DNA of 64,000 bases, taken from the NCBI GenBank assembly GCA_013152715.1, contig JAADFU010000094.1, positions 76,657-140,656 of the forward strand, read 5' to 3'. Position 1 is the first letter of the stretch; the number at the start of each line of letters is the position of its first letter. The notes beneath the pieces are model-generated. The model ran no database searches and was not told where the DNA came from. It was given only the letters and a program-made list of their open reading frames with translations. Made by a program: the position numbers and the translations under genes. The stretch is from Calditrichota bacterium (lineage in GTDB: Bacteria > Zhuqueibacterota > Zhuqueibacteria > Thermofontimicrobiales > Thermofontimicrobiaceae). This document shows positions 1-10,872 of the stretch, one piece after another.

Positions 1-728
1 TGACAAATTTTAAATAATCCTGAATTCTAATCGTCGGCTGCAATTGGTCGCTGCCGAATGACAAAAGGAAATTCAATCCGTAGGGGATGATGATAAAATA
101 GCAAAATAAAGCGCCGACAGCGAAGAAAAAGACAGACACAAATACGAAAACCGGAATGTATTTTTTTTCTTTTTTGTAAAGACCGGGCGAGACAAATTGC
201 CAGAGCTGGTAGAAAATTACCGGAAGGCTCAAAAGGATGCCGGCGAAAAGCGCGATTTTAATATGAACGATAAAGCCTTCAGTCGGAGCGAGAAAGATGA
301 GCTTTTCATTTCGCGGATAAGGATGGAGCAAGATTTGCATGATTTCATGGGACACAAAGTAACTGCCGATGCTGAGAAGAATGACGGACAGGAGACTTTT
401 CAACAATCTTTGCCGCAATTCTTCCAAATGATCAAGAAAAGGCATCACTTTTTCATCGGACGAATCATTCGATCCCTCTGACGCAGAATTCTCTTGATTT
501 TCAATTTTTTCTTTTTCTTCGTCCATTTTTTCCAGTCATTCGTTCGTGAGATATTTGAAATTGAGAGAAACGCTGTTGTAAAGGCTTCCAAAGTACAAAA
601 AATCACGCTAAAAATCAAGACATATTTAACGCTCACAGCGGGGTTTTAGTTTCTTTGAAAAAAAAAGAAGGCGGGCATTGCGGAGATTGAGCGACCAATG
701 TGAGAAAATTAATTCGCCGCCATTATTC

Positions 729-938
729 TTATTTCCAGATATGGTAAATGATTGCCACAATCCAGAAAAAGAAAGAAAGTCCGGCAAACGCAAGCGTCAA
801 AATAGTCAACGGCGTCCACGCAAAAAGATGCGCCCCAAATTCTTTGCCGAATTTAATAATTTGTACTGCCACATGAATCCAGATAGTGGCGATGGAGAGT
901 ACTAACGATGTCTGGGCAATTTTATTGAAAATATCCAT
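729..938 (-). CDS. small two-helix membrane protein (hypothetical), last gene behind the two receiver genes
   Basis: 69-aa ORF with two hydrophobic helices, co-directional and tightly spaced downstream of the receiver gene at 958-1335; no recognisable motif. Confidence 0.35.
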   Translation of the reverse strand: MDIFNKIAQTSLVLSIATIWIHVAVQIIKFGKEFGAHLFAWTPLTILTLAFAGLSFFFWIVAIIYHIWK

Positions 939-957
939 AAATAGCTCCTTGCTCCGG

Positions 958-1335
958 CTAGGGTTTCGTCACTGGGTATTTTGACTGAATGATTTCGATC
1001 AATTCGTCAATAACAAATGGTTTGGCGACTAACGCCAACGGTTTGATTTTTTTGACTTGTGGGTCATCGGTCATAAATGTCAGACCAGTCACAAAAATAA
1101 CATCGATGGGGAATTGTTTTCGAATCGACTTGACGATATCGATGCCGTCCAATCCACTGGAAAAGAAAATTTCCGTCAGTACCAAATCGGGTTGATAATG
1201 CTTTATTTTTTCCAATGCCTGGTTGCTGTTTCTGACAATTTGGATGCGCTTGAATCCGAATGATTCCAAATTCGCTTTTATCTCCAGCGCAATGATTGAT
1301 TCCTCATCGATTATGAGAATCTTTGGCGAAATCAT
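958..1335 (-). CDS. single-domain response-regulator receiver protein (CheY-like), atypical with Glu at the phospho-acceptor position
   Basis: Receiver-domain layout: acidic pair IIDEES, PDLVLTE where a Glu replaces the conserved phospho-Asp, T in VIFVTG, K in VAKPF; no output domain. Confidence 0.75.
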   Translation of the reverse strand: MISPKILIIDEESIIALEIKANLESFGFKRIQIVRNSNQALEKIKHYQPDLVLTEIFFSSGLDGIDIVKSIRKQFPIDVIFVTGLTFMTDDPQVKKIKPLALVAKPFVIDELIEIIQSKYPVTKP

Positions 1336-1385
1336 TTTGTGCCTCGTGCTTTTAATCCCAAGCGGATTAAAAATTGTTTCTTTAG

Positions 1386-1778
1386 TCAGCTTTTTCCGTT
1401 GTTAGAGTTCAGAGCGGATTCAATAGCGTCCAAAAGCTCCCATTCGGCAACCGGCTTGCTGAGTACCGCCGCTGGTTTTGTTTGTTGGAGCTGTTTTTCC
1501 GAAATCAAATCCGTATTCCCCGTGAGAAAAATGACGGGAATTTTTCTCGCCTGTCTGATCTTTTCCGCCGCTTTAATACCGTCAAATTCTCCTTTGATCC
1601 TGACGTCCATCAATACCAGATCGGGCAGTTTTTTGGCTGCCAGATTCACAGCTTGTTGCCCGGAAGTTGCGGTAGAAAGTACCGAAAAACCCTGGGATTC
1701 CAAAATCAGATGAATTTCCAAAGCAATGATTGCCTCGTCTTCGACGACAAGTATTCGCGGTGCGTCCATAGGCTGCAC
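1386..1778 (-). CDS. single-domain response-regulator receiver protein (CheY-like)
   Basis: VVEDEAII, PDLVLMDV (phospho-Asp present), IFLTGN, SKPV; GTG start at 1778 or ATG at 1769. Confidence 0.8.
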   Translation of the reverse strand: MQPMDAPRILVVEDEAIIALEIHLILESQGFSVLSTATSGQQAVNLAAKKLPDLVLMDVRIKGEFDGIKAAEKIRQARKIPVIFLTGNTDLISEKQLQQTKPAAVLSKPVAEWELLDAIESALNSNNGKS

Positions 1779-2349
1779 TTTCTATGTTGTTATTGATTAG
1801 TGGTCTCCAGTGCTTGTTTCGGAACTGCTTTCTTTCTCTCAATTTTTTACAGCAAAAGCAAAGAATCAGGAAATTTATCATTTGCTAAACAGGATGTTGA
1901 TGAGAGTCCCGCTTTTTTTTTAATGTCAATAGAGCCTTCCAATTGATTGTAACCAATGAATGCACTAATTTCATTGCCAGTGATTGTGCTTTTTCCAGCG
2001 AAAATTCAGGCGGTAGCCGATTCGATCTTACCGTCCTTGTTCTTTTTGCAGGAAAGAACTATCTAACTGCTCGTTGTAATTTTTCTGAAAAATTTTTACA
2101 AGTATTTCATTTTGAAAATTTTGTGCTTGGCGTTTTTCATTTCTAATATCAAATGAAAGCTTGTTTTTATTTTCAAAAAAATTTCGTATAATCAAATGAA
2201 GAAAATTTTCTGAATTGTGGCACAATAACCTCATAATAAACAATCGGATATATTGCTGCCTAAAAAAGAAAACAAGTGCTCGTTTTAGTTTGGGAAGATT
2301 GTCTTCAATCTTTACCTGATTCAATTCTTTCTTGCGCAAATGTTATGCC

Positions 2350-2381
2350 AAAAAAAAACCGAATCCCAATGAGGAATTCGG
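2350..2381 (-). terminator. rho-independent terminator ending the rnf operon
   Basis: On the minus strand, hairpin ccgaattcctcattgggattcgg followed by 9 U, about 65 nt downstream of the rnfA stop. Confidence 0.5.
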
Positions 2382-2447
2382 CTCTGGCAAAGCAAAAATT
2401 AATGAATAGATTAGTCAAAAAAAGTGTGGGAGGACTCTTGTTCTAAT

Positions 2448-3089
2448 TTACAGTTTCAACCCGGAAAAACCCAAAAACGCAATAGACATCAAGCCGGCCA
2501 TTAAAAAAGCAATGGGAACGCCGCGCAGCGCTTTGGGAATGGGCGCTAAATCGAGCCGTTCGCGAATCCCGGCCATCAAGACTAACGCCAATGTAAAACC
2601 GATTCCGGCAGTGAAGCCGTACACGATACTTTCGATGAAGTTGAAATTTTCGTCCAGGTTCAAAAACGCCACGCCCAAAATTGCGCAGTTGGTGGTAATC
2701 AAAGGCAAATAAATTCCCAGCGATTTGTACAGCGTGGGGCTGGCTTTTTGCACGACCATTTCCACAAATTGCACCAGGGATGCGATTACCAGAATGAAGG
2801 CGATTGTTTTCAGGTAGGTTAAATCCGGCGGCTCCTTGGCTGAAAAAATTAAATAGAAAATATTTGCAGTGGTGGGCTTGAGCATGAAAGCGTAGATCAG
2901 CCACGTCACCATCGACGCCAGCGTCATGACGAAAGTCACGGCCATGCCCATGCCGACTGCCGAGTCCATATTTTTGGACACGCCGATGTAAGGGCAGATG
3001 CCAAGGAATCTGTTGAGCACGAAGTTGTTGATGAAAATTGCGGAAATGGTGATGACAAACAAATGATTAAAATCCATTTTATCCTCCAA
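2448..3089 (-). CDS. rnfA: Rnf electron-transport complex subunit A (RnfA/NqrE family)
   Basis: Polytopic membrane protein with [16 protein letters not shown] and MGMAVTFVM motifs typical of RnfA/NqrE; last gene of rnfCDGEA. Confidence 0.9.
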   Translation of the reverse strand: MEDKMDFNHLFVITISAIFINNFVLNRFLGICPYIGVSKNMDSAVGMGMAVTFVMTLASMVTWLIYAFMLKPTTANIFYLIFSAKEPPDLTYLKTIAFILVIASLVQFVEMVVQKASPTLYKSLGIYLPLITTNCAILGVAFLNLDENFNFIESIVYGFTAGIGFTLALVLMAGIRERLDLAPIPKALRGVPIAFLMAGLMSIAFLGFSGLKL

Positions 3090-3102
3090 AAGAAAGCTTA
3101 TT

Positions 3103-3699
3103 TCAAGCGTTTCGTTTCGCGTCTAACCAGTTAAAAAATCCCAAAAACAAGCCCAAAGTCAGAAAGGCGCCGGGCGGCAGAATGAGCAGCAGCACCGGCT
3201 CGAAGCTGTGCGGCATGAGTGGAATTCCCCAAAGACTTCCATTCCCCAGAATTTCTCTGACAATAGAAATTAATGTCAGGGCAAAGGTAAAGCCCAGTCC
3301 CATTCCCAGTCCGTCAAGGAATGAGTAGAAAACCGGATTTTTGCCGGCGAATGCTTCGGCTCGTCCTAAAATAATACAGTTGACAACAATGAGGGGAACA
3401 AAAATGCCCAGCGATTTATGCAATGCCGGCGCAAAACCAGCCATGAATAAATCGACAATGGTAACAAAGGTGGCAATGACGACGATGTAAATAGGAATGC
3501 GAATTTTCTTGGGCACACCTTTGCGGATGAGGGAAACGATGACGTTCGACATCATCAGCACAAATGTCACGGCAACGCCCATTCCGATGGCGTTCTGCAC
3601 GGAATTGGAGACTGCCAGCGTGGGGCACAATCCCAGCACTAATTTGAAAACCGGATTTTGTTTGTAAAACCCTTTTGTGAATTCTTTTATCATCGACAT
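3103..3699 (-). CDS. rnfE: Rnf complex subunit E (RnfE/NqrD family)
   Basis: [26 protein letters not shown] signature; operon position between rnfG and rnfA. Confidence 0.9.
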   Translation of the reverse strand: MSMIKEFTKGFYKQNPVFKLVLGLCPTLAVSNSVQNAIGMGVAVTFVLMMSNVIVSLIRKGVPKKIRIPIYIVVIATFVTIVDLFMAGFAPALHKSLGIFVPLIVVNCIILGRAEAFAGKNPVFYSFLDGLGMGLGFTFALTLISIVREILGNGSLWGIPLMPHSFEPVLLLILPPGAFLTLGLFLGFFNWLDAKRNA

Positions 3700-3717
3700 A
3701 ATTTAATGACCCTCTTG

Positions 3718-4329
3718 CTAACTTACTTGTTCGGTTTGTGTTGTATTCTTTTTTGTCTTGAAACCACCGAGACGTTTCTCTAATTGTTTCAGTCCTTCTT
3801 TGATGGAATTTGTAACGGCGCGCGATGAAATAGTCGCGCCGGTTATTGATTTTATCGGACCGTTGTCTTTGTCCACGGCTAACTCATCAGCGTAACGATT
3901 AAGGAACTGAATTTGAAACCAGGGAGAGCTTTCTCCATATTTGACTTGTTCGATTTTCGTGCCCAGCCCTGGCGTTTCCTGTTGTTCCATTATTTTGATG
4001 CCGATGATTTTGCCTGTTGTGTCCACGCCGACCATGGTTTCGATCACGCTGGAATAGCCGGATTTTTTGGCAATAAAAGCGTAGCCGGCAATTTCCTTTT
4101 TCTCCTGTGAAGGGTAACCGATGTAATAAAGAAGCTCATCGTTTTCCGTCACTTTCTCGATAGCTTTGGGGTCTGCTGTGGGAAGAGCGGCGATTAGCGC
4201 ACGTTCGATTACAAGCCGTTTTTGCTCTTCGATTTTCGGTTTAGTTATTTTATTAACCATGGACAGAGCGGCGCTGGCAAGCACTGTTACCAGCAACAAA
4301 ATTCCGCCTAATTTATAAATTTCCTTCAT
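3718..4329 (-). CDS. rnfG: Rnf complex subunit G (FMN-binding)
   Basis: N-terminal TM anchor plus SITGATISSRAV FMN-attachment motif; operon context. Confidence 0.85.
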   Translation of the reverse strand: MKEIYKLGGILLLVTVLASAALSMVNKITKPKIEEQKRLVIERALIAALPTADPKAIEKVTENDELLYYIGYPSQEKKEIAGYAFIAKKSGYSSVIETMVGVDTTGKIIGIKIMEQQETPGLGTKIEQVKYGESSPWFQIQFLNRYADELAVDKDNGPIKSITGATISSRAVTNSIKEGLKQLEKRLGGFKTKKNTTQTEQVS

Positions 4330-5435
4330 TTTTGCTCCACCTTTCCAAATGTTTTCGGTTTTGTGTATCGATCAAGCAAAGGCACGGTTAAGTTCATTAA
4401 TAAAATGGAGTAAGAGACGCCCTCGGGATAGCCGCCGACGAGACGAATGATGACAGTGATCACACCGCAGCCAAATCCGAACCAGACGCGCCCCTTAGGC
4501 GTCACCGGCGAAGTGACCATGTCCGTCGCCATAAAAAAGGCGCCCAAAATCAGTCCTCCTGACAATACTTGAAACAGCGGATCGCCGCTAAAAAATCCCT
4601 CAGTGCCGGCAAAAATCCACGTCAACAGCGCGACAGTTCCGATGTAGGTCAAAGGAATTCGCAAGCCGATGTAGCGTTTGTAGATCAAATACAGCGCGCC
4701 GATAAGCAGCAAAAATACGGATGTTTCTCCGATACAGCCGCCGACTTTTCCCCAGAAGAGATTTGCGTAAGAGTCCGAGAGCTGTGAAATAGCATTATTT
4801 GCGAGATTCGCTTTTGCTTGCAAAACCGGATTTTCAATTCCGCTTTTGAGGACGTCACGCCACTCGGACAAAATGCCGCGCTGCGTTTTGAAGACATTCA
4901 GCGGCGTGGCAGAGGTAATTGCATCGAGGCCGTAGTTTACAATCGCATGTGGGTTTATTCCGGAAAGGCTTCCGCCTCGCGGCGCGACTTTGAAAATAGT
5001 CATGTGCGATGGCCAGGAAGCAAGCAAAAAAGCGCGACCTAACAAAGCCGGATTCATCGGATTGTAGCCTAATCCGCCAAAGGGGATTTTGCCAATGGCA
5101 ATAGCAAAAGCGGAGCCAATCACAGGAATCCACCACGGCACTTCCGGCGGCACATTGAACGCTAACAAAATTCCGGTGACGATTGCGCTGCCGTCAGCTA
5201 TGGTGATCGGTTTTTTTGTCAATTTTTCAATGAGCGCTTCGGTAATCATTGCCGAGAGAATCGCCAGAACAATGGTCCATGCCGCCTGCGCTCCAAAAAA
5301 ATACACTCCGCCAATTGCGGCCGGCAGCAACGCGATGACAACGCCGAACATAATTTTCTGCACAGAATCCTTATGAGCAATGTGCGGCGAGGCTGAAACT
5401 AGTAATCGATTTTCCATTTGTTTCTTTCCCTGCAA
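4326..5435 (-). CDS. rnfD: Rnf complex subunit D (RnfD/NqrB family)
   Basis: Polytopic membrane protein with SASPHI.H N-terminal motif and TGATP-like FMN site region; overlaps rnfG start. Confidence 0.9.
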   Translation of the reverse strand: MQGKKQMENRLLVSASPHIAHKDSVQKIMFGVVIALLPAAIGGVYFFGAQAAWTIVLAILSAMITEALIEKLTKKPITIADGSAIVTGILLAFNVPPEVPWWIPVIGSAFAIAIGKIPFGGLGYNPMNPALLGRAFLLASWPSHMTIFKVAPRGGSLSGINPHAIVNYGLDAITSATPLNVFKTQRGILSEWRDVLKSGIENPVLQAKANLANNAISQLSDSYANLFWGKVGGCIGETSVFLLLIGALYLIYKRYIGLRIPLTYIGTVALLTWIFAGTEGFFSGDPLFQVLSGGLILGAFFMATDMVTSPVTPKGRVWFGFGCGVITVIIRLVGGYPEGVSYSILLMNLTVPLLDRYTKPKTFGKVEQK

Positions 5436-5526
5436 GTCGTTCAGTTAGTAAAGAATTGACGTCAATTTTTCAACATTTGCTTTGAGCCTATTCCTGATAA
5501 ATTAAAAAATAAAAGAGAGAAAAATT

Positions 5527-6861
5527 TTAAGCCCGCGCTTTGAGCGATTTTGTAATTTCCAATTTAGCGTATTTGAATAAATGGACGTGGCGAATTCGCG
5601 ACGGACAAACAAATGAGCACGATCCGCATTCGATACAGTCCAGCACTCCTAACTTGTGCGCTTCTTCGAAATTGTCGTATTCTATCTGACGCGCCATCTC
5701 ATTGGGCAACAAATTCATCGGACACACATCCACGCAACGGGCGCAGCGAATACAGGGATCCGGATCGCGGAGCGCCGTCTCTTTTTCGGTGAGCGCCAGA
5801 ATTCCGGACGTGCCCTTAATCACAGGCACTTCCAGCGTGTACTGCGCAATTCCCATCATGGGTCCGCCGTTGACGATTTTGATGGTATTTTCTTTCAAAC
5901 CACCGCAGAAATCGATCAAATTCTGAAACGGCGTGCCGATACGGGCGAGCACATTTTTTGGCTCGTTGATTCCCAAACCGGTCACCGTGACCACGCGCTC
6001 GATTAATGGTTTTTTGGAAGAAACCGCATCGAAAATTGCTTTGGCGGTGCCGACATTGTGGACCAGACAGCCCACATCCATCGGCAGACCGCCAGCCGGG
6101 ACTTTGCGGTTAGTAATAGCTTTAATTAATTGTTTTTCAGCGCCTTGCGGGTATTTTACAGGCAGAGAAACGACTTCCGCATCCATTTTCATTTCTTTCA
6201 CTGCCTGACGCATGGCACGGACAGCATCTGGCTTATTGTTTTCGATGGCGATGTAGCCATTTTTACAGCCAAGAATTTTCATAATAATTTTGACGCCTTC
6301 CAAAATGTCGCGCGTTTTTTCCAGCATTAAGCGATGGTCTGCCGTAAGATAGGGTTCGCACTCGGCGCCGTTCAAAATAAAAGTATCAATCGGTTTGTCC
6401 GCCGGCGGTGATAATTTGACATGGCTGGGAAAAGTTGCGCCGCCCATGCCTGCCAGACCGGCGTTCAAAATGCGTTTTTTCATTTCGTCCGCGTCCAGTT
6501 CCGCGTAATTTTCGTCAAAAGCAATGTCCGGAGACCATTCGTCTTTGCCGTCATTTTCGATGATGATGGACAAAACTTTTCCGCCGACAGGATGAGGACG
6601 TGGATCGATTGCTTTTACCGTTCCGGAAACGGTTGCGTGCGACGGAACGGAAACAAAACCCTTGGCCTGACAAACGACATCGCCAATTTTTACTTCGTCG
6701 CCTACAGCGACTACTGGCTCCGCCGGCGCACCGATGTGCTGCTGGACCGGAATAATAACCAATTCAGGAGCAGGCATCACTTCAATCGCTTTGTCCTCAG
6801 CGAGTTCCTTGTATTCGTGTGGATGAACACCGCCTTTGAAAGTAAGCTTCTTTAACCTCAT
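5527..6861 (-). CDS. rnfC: Rnf complex subunit C (NADH-binding, two 4Fe-4S clusters)
   Basis: CIRCARCVDVCP and CIECGSCSFVCP ferredoxin motifs, GGATFP nucleotide-binding region; first gene of the operon. Confidence 0.9.
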   Translation of the reverse strand: MRLKKLTFKGGVHPHEYKELAEDKAIEVMPAPELVIIPVQQHIGAPAEPVVAVGDEVKIGDVVCQAKGFVSVPSHATVSGTVKAIDPRPHPVGGKVLSIIIENDGKDEWSPDIAFDENYAELDADEMKKRILNAGLAGMGGATFPSHVKLSPPADKPIDTFILNGAECEPYLTADHRLMLEKTRDILEGVKIIMKILGCKNGYIAIENNKPDAVRAMRQAVKEMKMDAEVVSLPVKYPQGAEKQLIKAITNRKVPAGGLPMDVGCLVHNVGTAKAIFDAVSSKKPLIERVVTVTGLGINEPKNVLARIGTPFQNLIDFCGGLKENTIKIVNGGPMMGIAQYTLEVPVIKGTSGILALTEKETALRDPDPCIRCARCVDVCPMNLLPNEMARQIEYDNFEEAHKLGVLDCIECGSCSFVCPSRIRHVHLFKYAKLEITKSLKARA

Positions 6862-6916
6862 AACACCTCGATCTTGTTTTTGTCAATTAACCATCTGTAA
6901 ATTGATCTCTTGCTTC

Positions 6917-7363
6917 TTAATTTAATCCTTGCAGCTCTTCCAGAAATTCTTCTTTATCTTGAAATTTTCGGTAAACAGACGCAAAACGGACATAAGCCAC
7001 ATGGTCGATTTTTTTCAGTCGTTCCATGACCATCAGCCCGATTTCTTGGGAAGAAATTTCATCGACGGATTTGTCTTTCAATGAATTTTCGATTTGTTCA
7101 ACAAGGTCGTCGATTTTTTTAATGGAAATCGGTCGTTTGGCGCAGGCGACAAGAATGCCCTGCCTTAGTTTCTCCCGATTGAACGCTTCCCGACGATGGT
7201 CCGCTTTGATGACCAGAATCGGCGTCTGTTCGATGTATTCTTTCGTTGTAAATCTTTTGCGGCAAGCCAGACACTCACGTCGGCGGCGAATAATTTTGCC
7301 GTCGTTCTTGGCTCGGGAATCAATTACACGGCTATTTTCGTGACCACAAAACGGACAACGCAT
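6917..7363 (-). CDS. nrdR: transcriptional repressor NrdR (zinc ribbon + ATP-cone)
   Basis: MRCPFCGH...RRRECLACRKRFTTKE zinc ribbon followed by ATP-cone; 148 aa. Confidence 0.9.
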   Translation of the reverse strand: MRCPFCGHENSRVIDSRAKNDGKIIRRRRECLACRKRFTTKEYIEQTPILVIKADHRREAFNREKLRQGILVACAKRPISIKKIDDLVEQIENSLKDKSVDEISSQEIGLMVMERLKKIDHVAYVRFASVYRKFQDKEEFLEELQGLN

Positions 7364-7380
7364 AGGAATCCCTCATAAAA

Positions 7381-8673
7381 TTATTCAAATTTTGGGTAGA
7401 GGGGAAATTTTTGGCACAGATCGAATACCCGCGATTTTATCTTTTCGTGAACGGCTTCACTGTCAATGTTCATTAAAACCTCGTTGATCATCTCAGCGAT
7501 TTCAACCATTTCCGGCTCTTTCATTCCGCGCGTGGTCAAAGCCGGCGTTCCGATTCGAATGCCGCTGGTAACAAAAGGACTCTGGTCGTCGAAAGGAACC
7601 ATGTTTTTATTCACGGTAATTCCCGCCTGTTCTAACGCCTTTTCTGATTGTTTTCCGGTGAGTCCTTTGTTGCGCAGATCAATGAGCATCAAGTGTGTAT
7701 CTGTGCCGTTGGATACAAGATTGTAATCCATTTCCATTAATTTATTTGCCAGCGTTTTGGCGTTTTTGATGACTTGTTTCGAATATTCTTTAAACTCAGG
7801 CTGTAACGCTTCCTTGAATGCCACAGCTTTGGCCGCGATGACGTGCATCAGCGGGCCGCCCTGAAAACCGGGGAAAACGTTGGAATCGACAATCTGTCCG
7901 ATTTTTCTGAGTTTTCCTTTGGGAGTCTTTATTCCCATGTCATTTTCTTCATTTTCCCCGACCAGAATCATGCCGCCGCGCGGTCCGCGCAACGTTTTGT
8001 GCGTTGTCGTCGTCACCAGATGACAGTGGGGAAGCGGGCTTTTAATTAAACCGGCAGCAATCAACCCCGCCGGATGTGCAATGTCGGCGATCAGTTTCGC
8101 ACCGACACGGTCGGCAATTTGGCGAAAAGCGGCGTAGTCAATTTCGCGCGGATAGGCGCTGGCGCCGGTGATAATTAGGCGTGGTTTTTCTTTCAACGCC
8201 AGGTCTTCCACCTGATTCATGTCGATGTAACCGCTCTTTTTGTCCACGCCGTAGGAGATGATGCGAAACAATTTGCCGGAAAAATTAACCGGGCTGCCGT
8301 GCGTCAAATGGCCGCCGTGATCCAGATTCATGCCCATCACGGTGTCGCCGGGCTTGGCGAAAGTAAAATAGGCGGCAATGTTCGCTTGCGAACCGGAATG
8401 GGGCTGGACATTGGCGTATTCTGCCTGGAAAAGTTGTTTGGCCCTTTCGCGCGCTAATTCTTCCGCTACATCGACATAAACGCAGCCGCCGTAGTAACGC
8501 TTTCCCGGATAGCCTTCGGCATATTTATTTGTCATTACCTGACCCATCGCTTCCATCACCGCTGCACTGACAAAATTTTCAGAAGCGATAAGTTCCAGTT
8601 TATCGTTCTGGCGCGAAACTTCATTTTGAATCGCTTGAAAAATTTCAGGGTCTGTTTCTTTTAACATAGACAT
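7381..8673 (-). CDS. glyA: serine hydroxymethyltransferase
   Basis: Full-length SHMT with PLP-lysine region [14 protein letters not shown]; 430 aa. Confidence 0.95.
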   Translation of the reverse strand: MSMLKETDPEIFQAIQNEVSRQNDKLELIASENFVSAAVMEAMGQVMTNKYAEGYPGKRYYGGCVYVDVAEELARERAKQLFQAEYANVQPHSGSQANIAAYFTFAKPGDTVMGMNLDHGGHLTHGSPVNFSGKLFRIISYGVDKKSGYIDMNQVEDLALKEKPRLIITGASAYPREIDYAAFRQIADRVGAKLIADIAHPAGLIAAGLIKSPLPHCHLVTTTTHKTLRGPRGGMILVGENEENDMGIKTPKGKLRKIGQIVDSNVFPGFQGGPLMHVIAAKAVAFKEALQPEFKEYSKQVIKNAKTLANKLMEMDYNLVSNGTDTHLMLIDLRNKGLTGKQSEKALEQAGITVNKNMVPFDDQSPFVTSGIRIGTPALTTRGMKEPEMVEIAEMINEVLMNIDSEAVHEKIKSRVFDLCQKFPLYPKFE

Positions 8674-8795
8674 TTGTTTTCCTCAACAAATTGAAAAGTC
8701 AACTGATTACTCTTAATTTAAAGAGCGTGCTCCAAAACCTGTATTTCCAAAAATGTCAAATAATAGCAATTTATAATTCCAATATAGTCAATTAT

Positions 8796-9236
8796 TTACA
8801 TGCCAGTTAACTGATGAATTTTATTGATTCGTCTCAGATGCCTGCCGCCGTCAAAAGGGGTTTTTAGCCAGACATCGACAATTTTGAGAGCTTCAAAATG
8901 GTCGATGAGTTTTCCCGGCAATGCGAGAACATTTGCATTGTTGTGGCGTCTGCTTAATTCTGCCATTTTCTCAGTCAAACACAATGCCGCTCGGATGCCG
9001 CGTACTTTATTGGCGATGATGGACATGCCAATTCCCGACGCGCACATCAGAATTCCCAGATCAGCTCTTTGCTGGGCGACGGCGCGTGCAGCAAGAATCC
9101 CATAGTCCGGATAATCAACGGATTCGGATTTGAACGTACCAAAATCTTCTACTGCCAAGCCAATTTTTTCCAGATGCTCTTTTATCTTGTTTTTAAGATC
9201 AAGACCTGCATGGTCGGATGCAATCGCTATCGTCAT
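8796..9236 (-). CDS. rpiB: ribose-5-phosphate isomerase B (RpiB/LacAB family)
   Basis: MTIAIASDHAG...LMCASGIGMSIIANK motifs; the track ORF extends to 9296 but the start is probably the ATG at 9236 (146 aa); rpiB-glyA synteny. Confidence 0.85.
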   Translation of the reverse strand: MTIAIASDHAGLDLKNKIKEHLEKIGLAVEDFGTFKSESVDYPDYGILAARAVAQQRADLGILMCASGIGMSIIANKVRGIRAALCLTEKMAELSRRHNNANVLALPGKLIDHFEALKIVDVWLKTPFDGGRHLRRINKIHQLTGM

Positions 9237-9410
9237 TGGGAAAAGACCTTTTATGCCAAAAATTGCAAAATATGAAACGGGAAAACCGTTGCTCAACGAG
9301 GGATTTGATCAGGTTGAGCAAAAAACTCGTAGAATCAATTTGTCAAGCAATAACGAGCCTCAAAGGCGATCTGACTCTGAGGCTCGCTTTAAATCGTCAA
9401 ACTGCAGTTG

Positions 9411-10691
9411 TTAATAAATCCAGCTATAACACTTTTTCTTGGGCTTTGTCTGGCCCTTGTGGAAAAAGCGGTCTTCTTTTTTGGGAATGAAATCTTTGAG
9501 GTAATTGAGACGCGCTTGCGCCGTGTCTTTAAATTGCAAATCAGTTGTTGCTTTTTTGTACTCTTTGTAAGCTAATTCGTAAACAAGCTTGTCGTCAAAG
9601 TCAGCCACATCTTTGCCGGTTTGGCGCATACATTCATCGACGGCCGCTTCGAAAATCTCCGCGCGTACAATGTAAGCCAATCCGTACTGGTTGTCAATTT
9701 TCAACGCCTTGTTTGCGTATTTGCGCGCAGTGGAGAATTGTTTGAGTTCTTTGTAGCAGGTCGCAATGTCCGTGTAAATTTTTTTGTTATCCGGCTCCAT
9801 TTTTACGACTTCTTTGTAAATATTGATGGCGCGCTTGTAGTTGCCGACATTCTGCAATGCGGAAGCCAAATAAGTCATCGCCTGTACGTCATTCGGCTTC
9901 AAACTGAGCATCGCTCCAAAATTCGAGATGGCTTTCTCGTACTCGGCGACATTAAAATATTCTTTCCCCAGATTAAACAGGTTTTCTGTATTCTGCGGAT
10001 CTAACTTTTTTACTGATTCCATTTGCTGAATGGCAGCGTCAGCATTTCCGGTGGATTTGTAGAGCTTGCTCAGCGTTTGCTGGGCGTCATTGTCATTCGG
10101 ATCGAGCTTAACGACTTTCTCATAGGCGCGAATAGCGTCGTCAGTCTGATCGTTTTTAATGTAAAGCAGGGCTAATCGCTTCCAATCTGCGGGCCTCTTT
10201 TCATCAATAGCCAAGGCTTTTTCGTACTGGTCAATCGCCTCTTCGATGCGCCCGAGATTGTCGTAGATGTAGCCCAGGCTGCGATGAAGGTGCGCAATGT
10301 TGGGGAATCTTTGCACTCCCATTTCCAATGCAATTTGCGCTGAGTCCGCTTTGTTCAACTTGATATATGAGTCGGAAAGATAGGTGAATAAGTTTTTGTA
10401 TTTATTGATGGTGTCCAGCTTAGCGACTTTCCAGAAATAGGGAATAGCGTTGCTGTACATCTTGTTTTTATAATTTTCATAGCCCAGACTGAAATTAAGC
10501 GCCATTTTTCGTTCGTAAACTTGCGTTAAAGAATCCTGAATTGCTTTTTGGCGTTCAGGAGAAATTTGCGGCCCTTGCTGTTGGGCTGTCGGCACACAGC
10601 CAAAATTGAAAATTCCAGCGATTGCAAGCAAAGACAGAACCGCGACGATCAGTAATCCGGTTAGAGTTTTGCGTCCTACAAAATCTTTCAT
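9411..10691 (-). CDS. TPR-repeat protein with N-terminal signal/anchor
   Basis: At least 8 tandem TPR units (ALxxxP/AxxxxG periodicity); start refined to the ATG at 10691, preceded by GAGAGGTG (MKDFVGRKTLTGLLIVAVL...). Confidence 0.8.
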   Translation of the reverse strand: MKDFVGRKTLTGLLIVAVLSLLAIAGIFNFGCVPTAQQQGPQISPERQKAIQDSLTQVYERKMALNFSLGYENYKNKMYSNAIPYFWKVAKLDTINKYKNLFTYLSDSYIKLNKADSAQIALEMGVQRFPNIAHLHRSLGYIYDNLGRIEEAIDQYEKALAIDEKRPADWKRLALLYIKNDQTDDAIRAYEKVVKLDPNDNDAQQTLSKLYKSTGNADAAIQQMESVKKLDPQNTENLFNLGKEYFNVAEYEKAISNFGAMLSLKPNDVQAMTYLASALQNVGNYKRAINIYKEVVKMEPDNKKIYTDIATCYKELKQFSTARKYANKALKIDNQYGLAYIVRAEIFEAAVDECMRQTGKDVADFDDKLVYELAYKEYKKATTDLQFKDTAQARLNYLKDFIPKKEDRFFHKGQTKPKKKCYSWIY

Positions 10692-10872
10692 TATGACACC
10701 TCTCAAGAATGTTCGATCTTTTCCAACGTTCAAATTTTTATTAGTGTTATTTAAACAATTGAATTTAAAAATTTTTTTAAAAGATGCAAGAGAAAAGTTA
10801 CAAAATTTTATATTTTCAAAAAATAGTTTTTTTAGAATCGGCAAAATGGGAGCGCCGGAAAACAGCGAAGCG

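Noticed and set aside
197-905. Overlapping short ORFs at the window start (197-481 +, 445-636 -, 678-905 +)
   Set aside because: They are mutually overlapping, have no motifs and no convincing RBS. The only plausible product nearby is the minus-strand 69-aa membrane ORF at 729-938, which is reported instead.
2028-2339. 103-aa minus-strand ORF downstream of the rnf terminator, considered as a possible rnfB
   Set aside because: No Cys-rich ferredoxin motifs or TM anchor. It is AT-rich and low-complexity, and it lies beyond the operon terminator.
2443-2904. Alternative-frame and antisense ORFs inside rnf, dxs, mutS, glyA and the FadL-like genes (e.g. 2443-2904, 3416-3628, 5656-6006, 18772-19251, 19264-19803, 22104-22538, 24623-25237)
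   Set aside because: Each overlaps a confidently identified gene in another frame or strand and lacks motifs. They are typical spurious ORFs in moderately GC-rich coding DNA.
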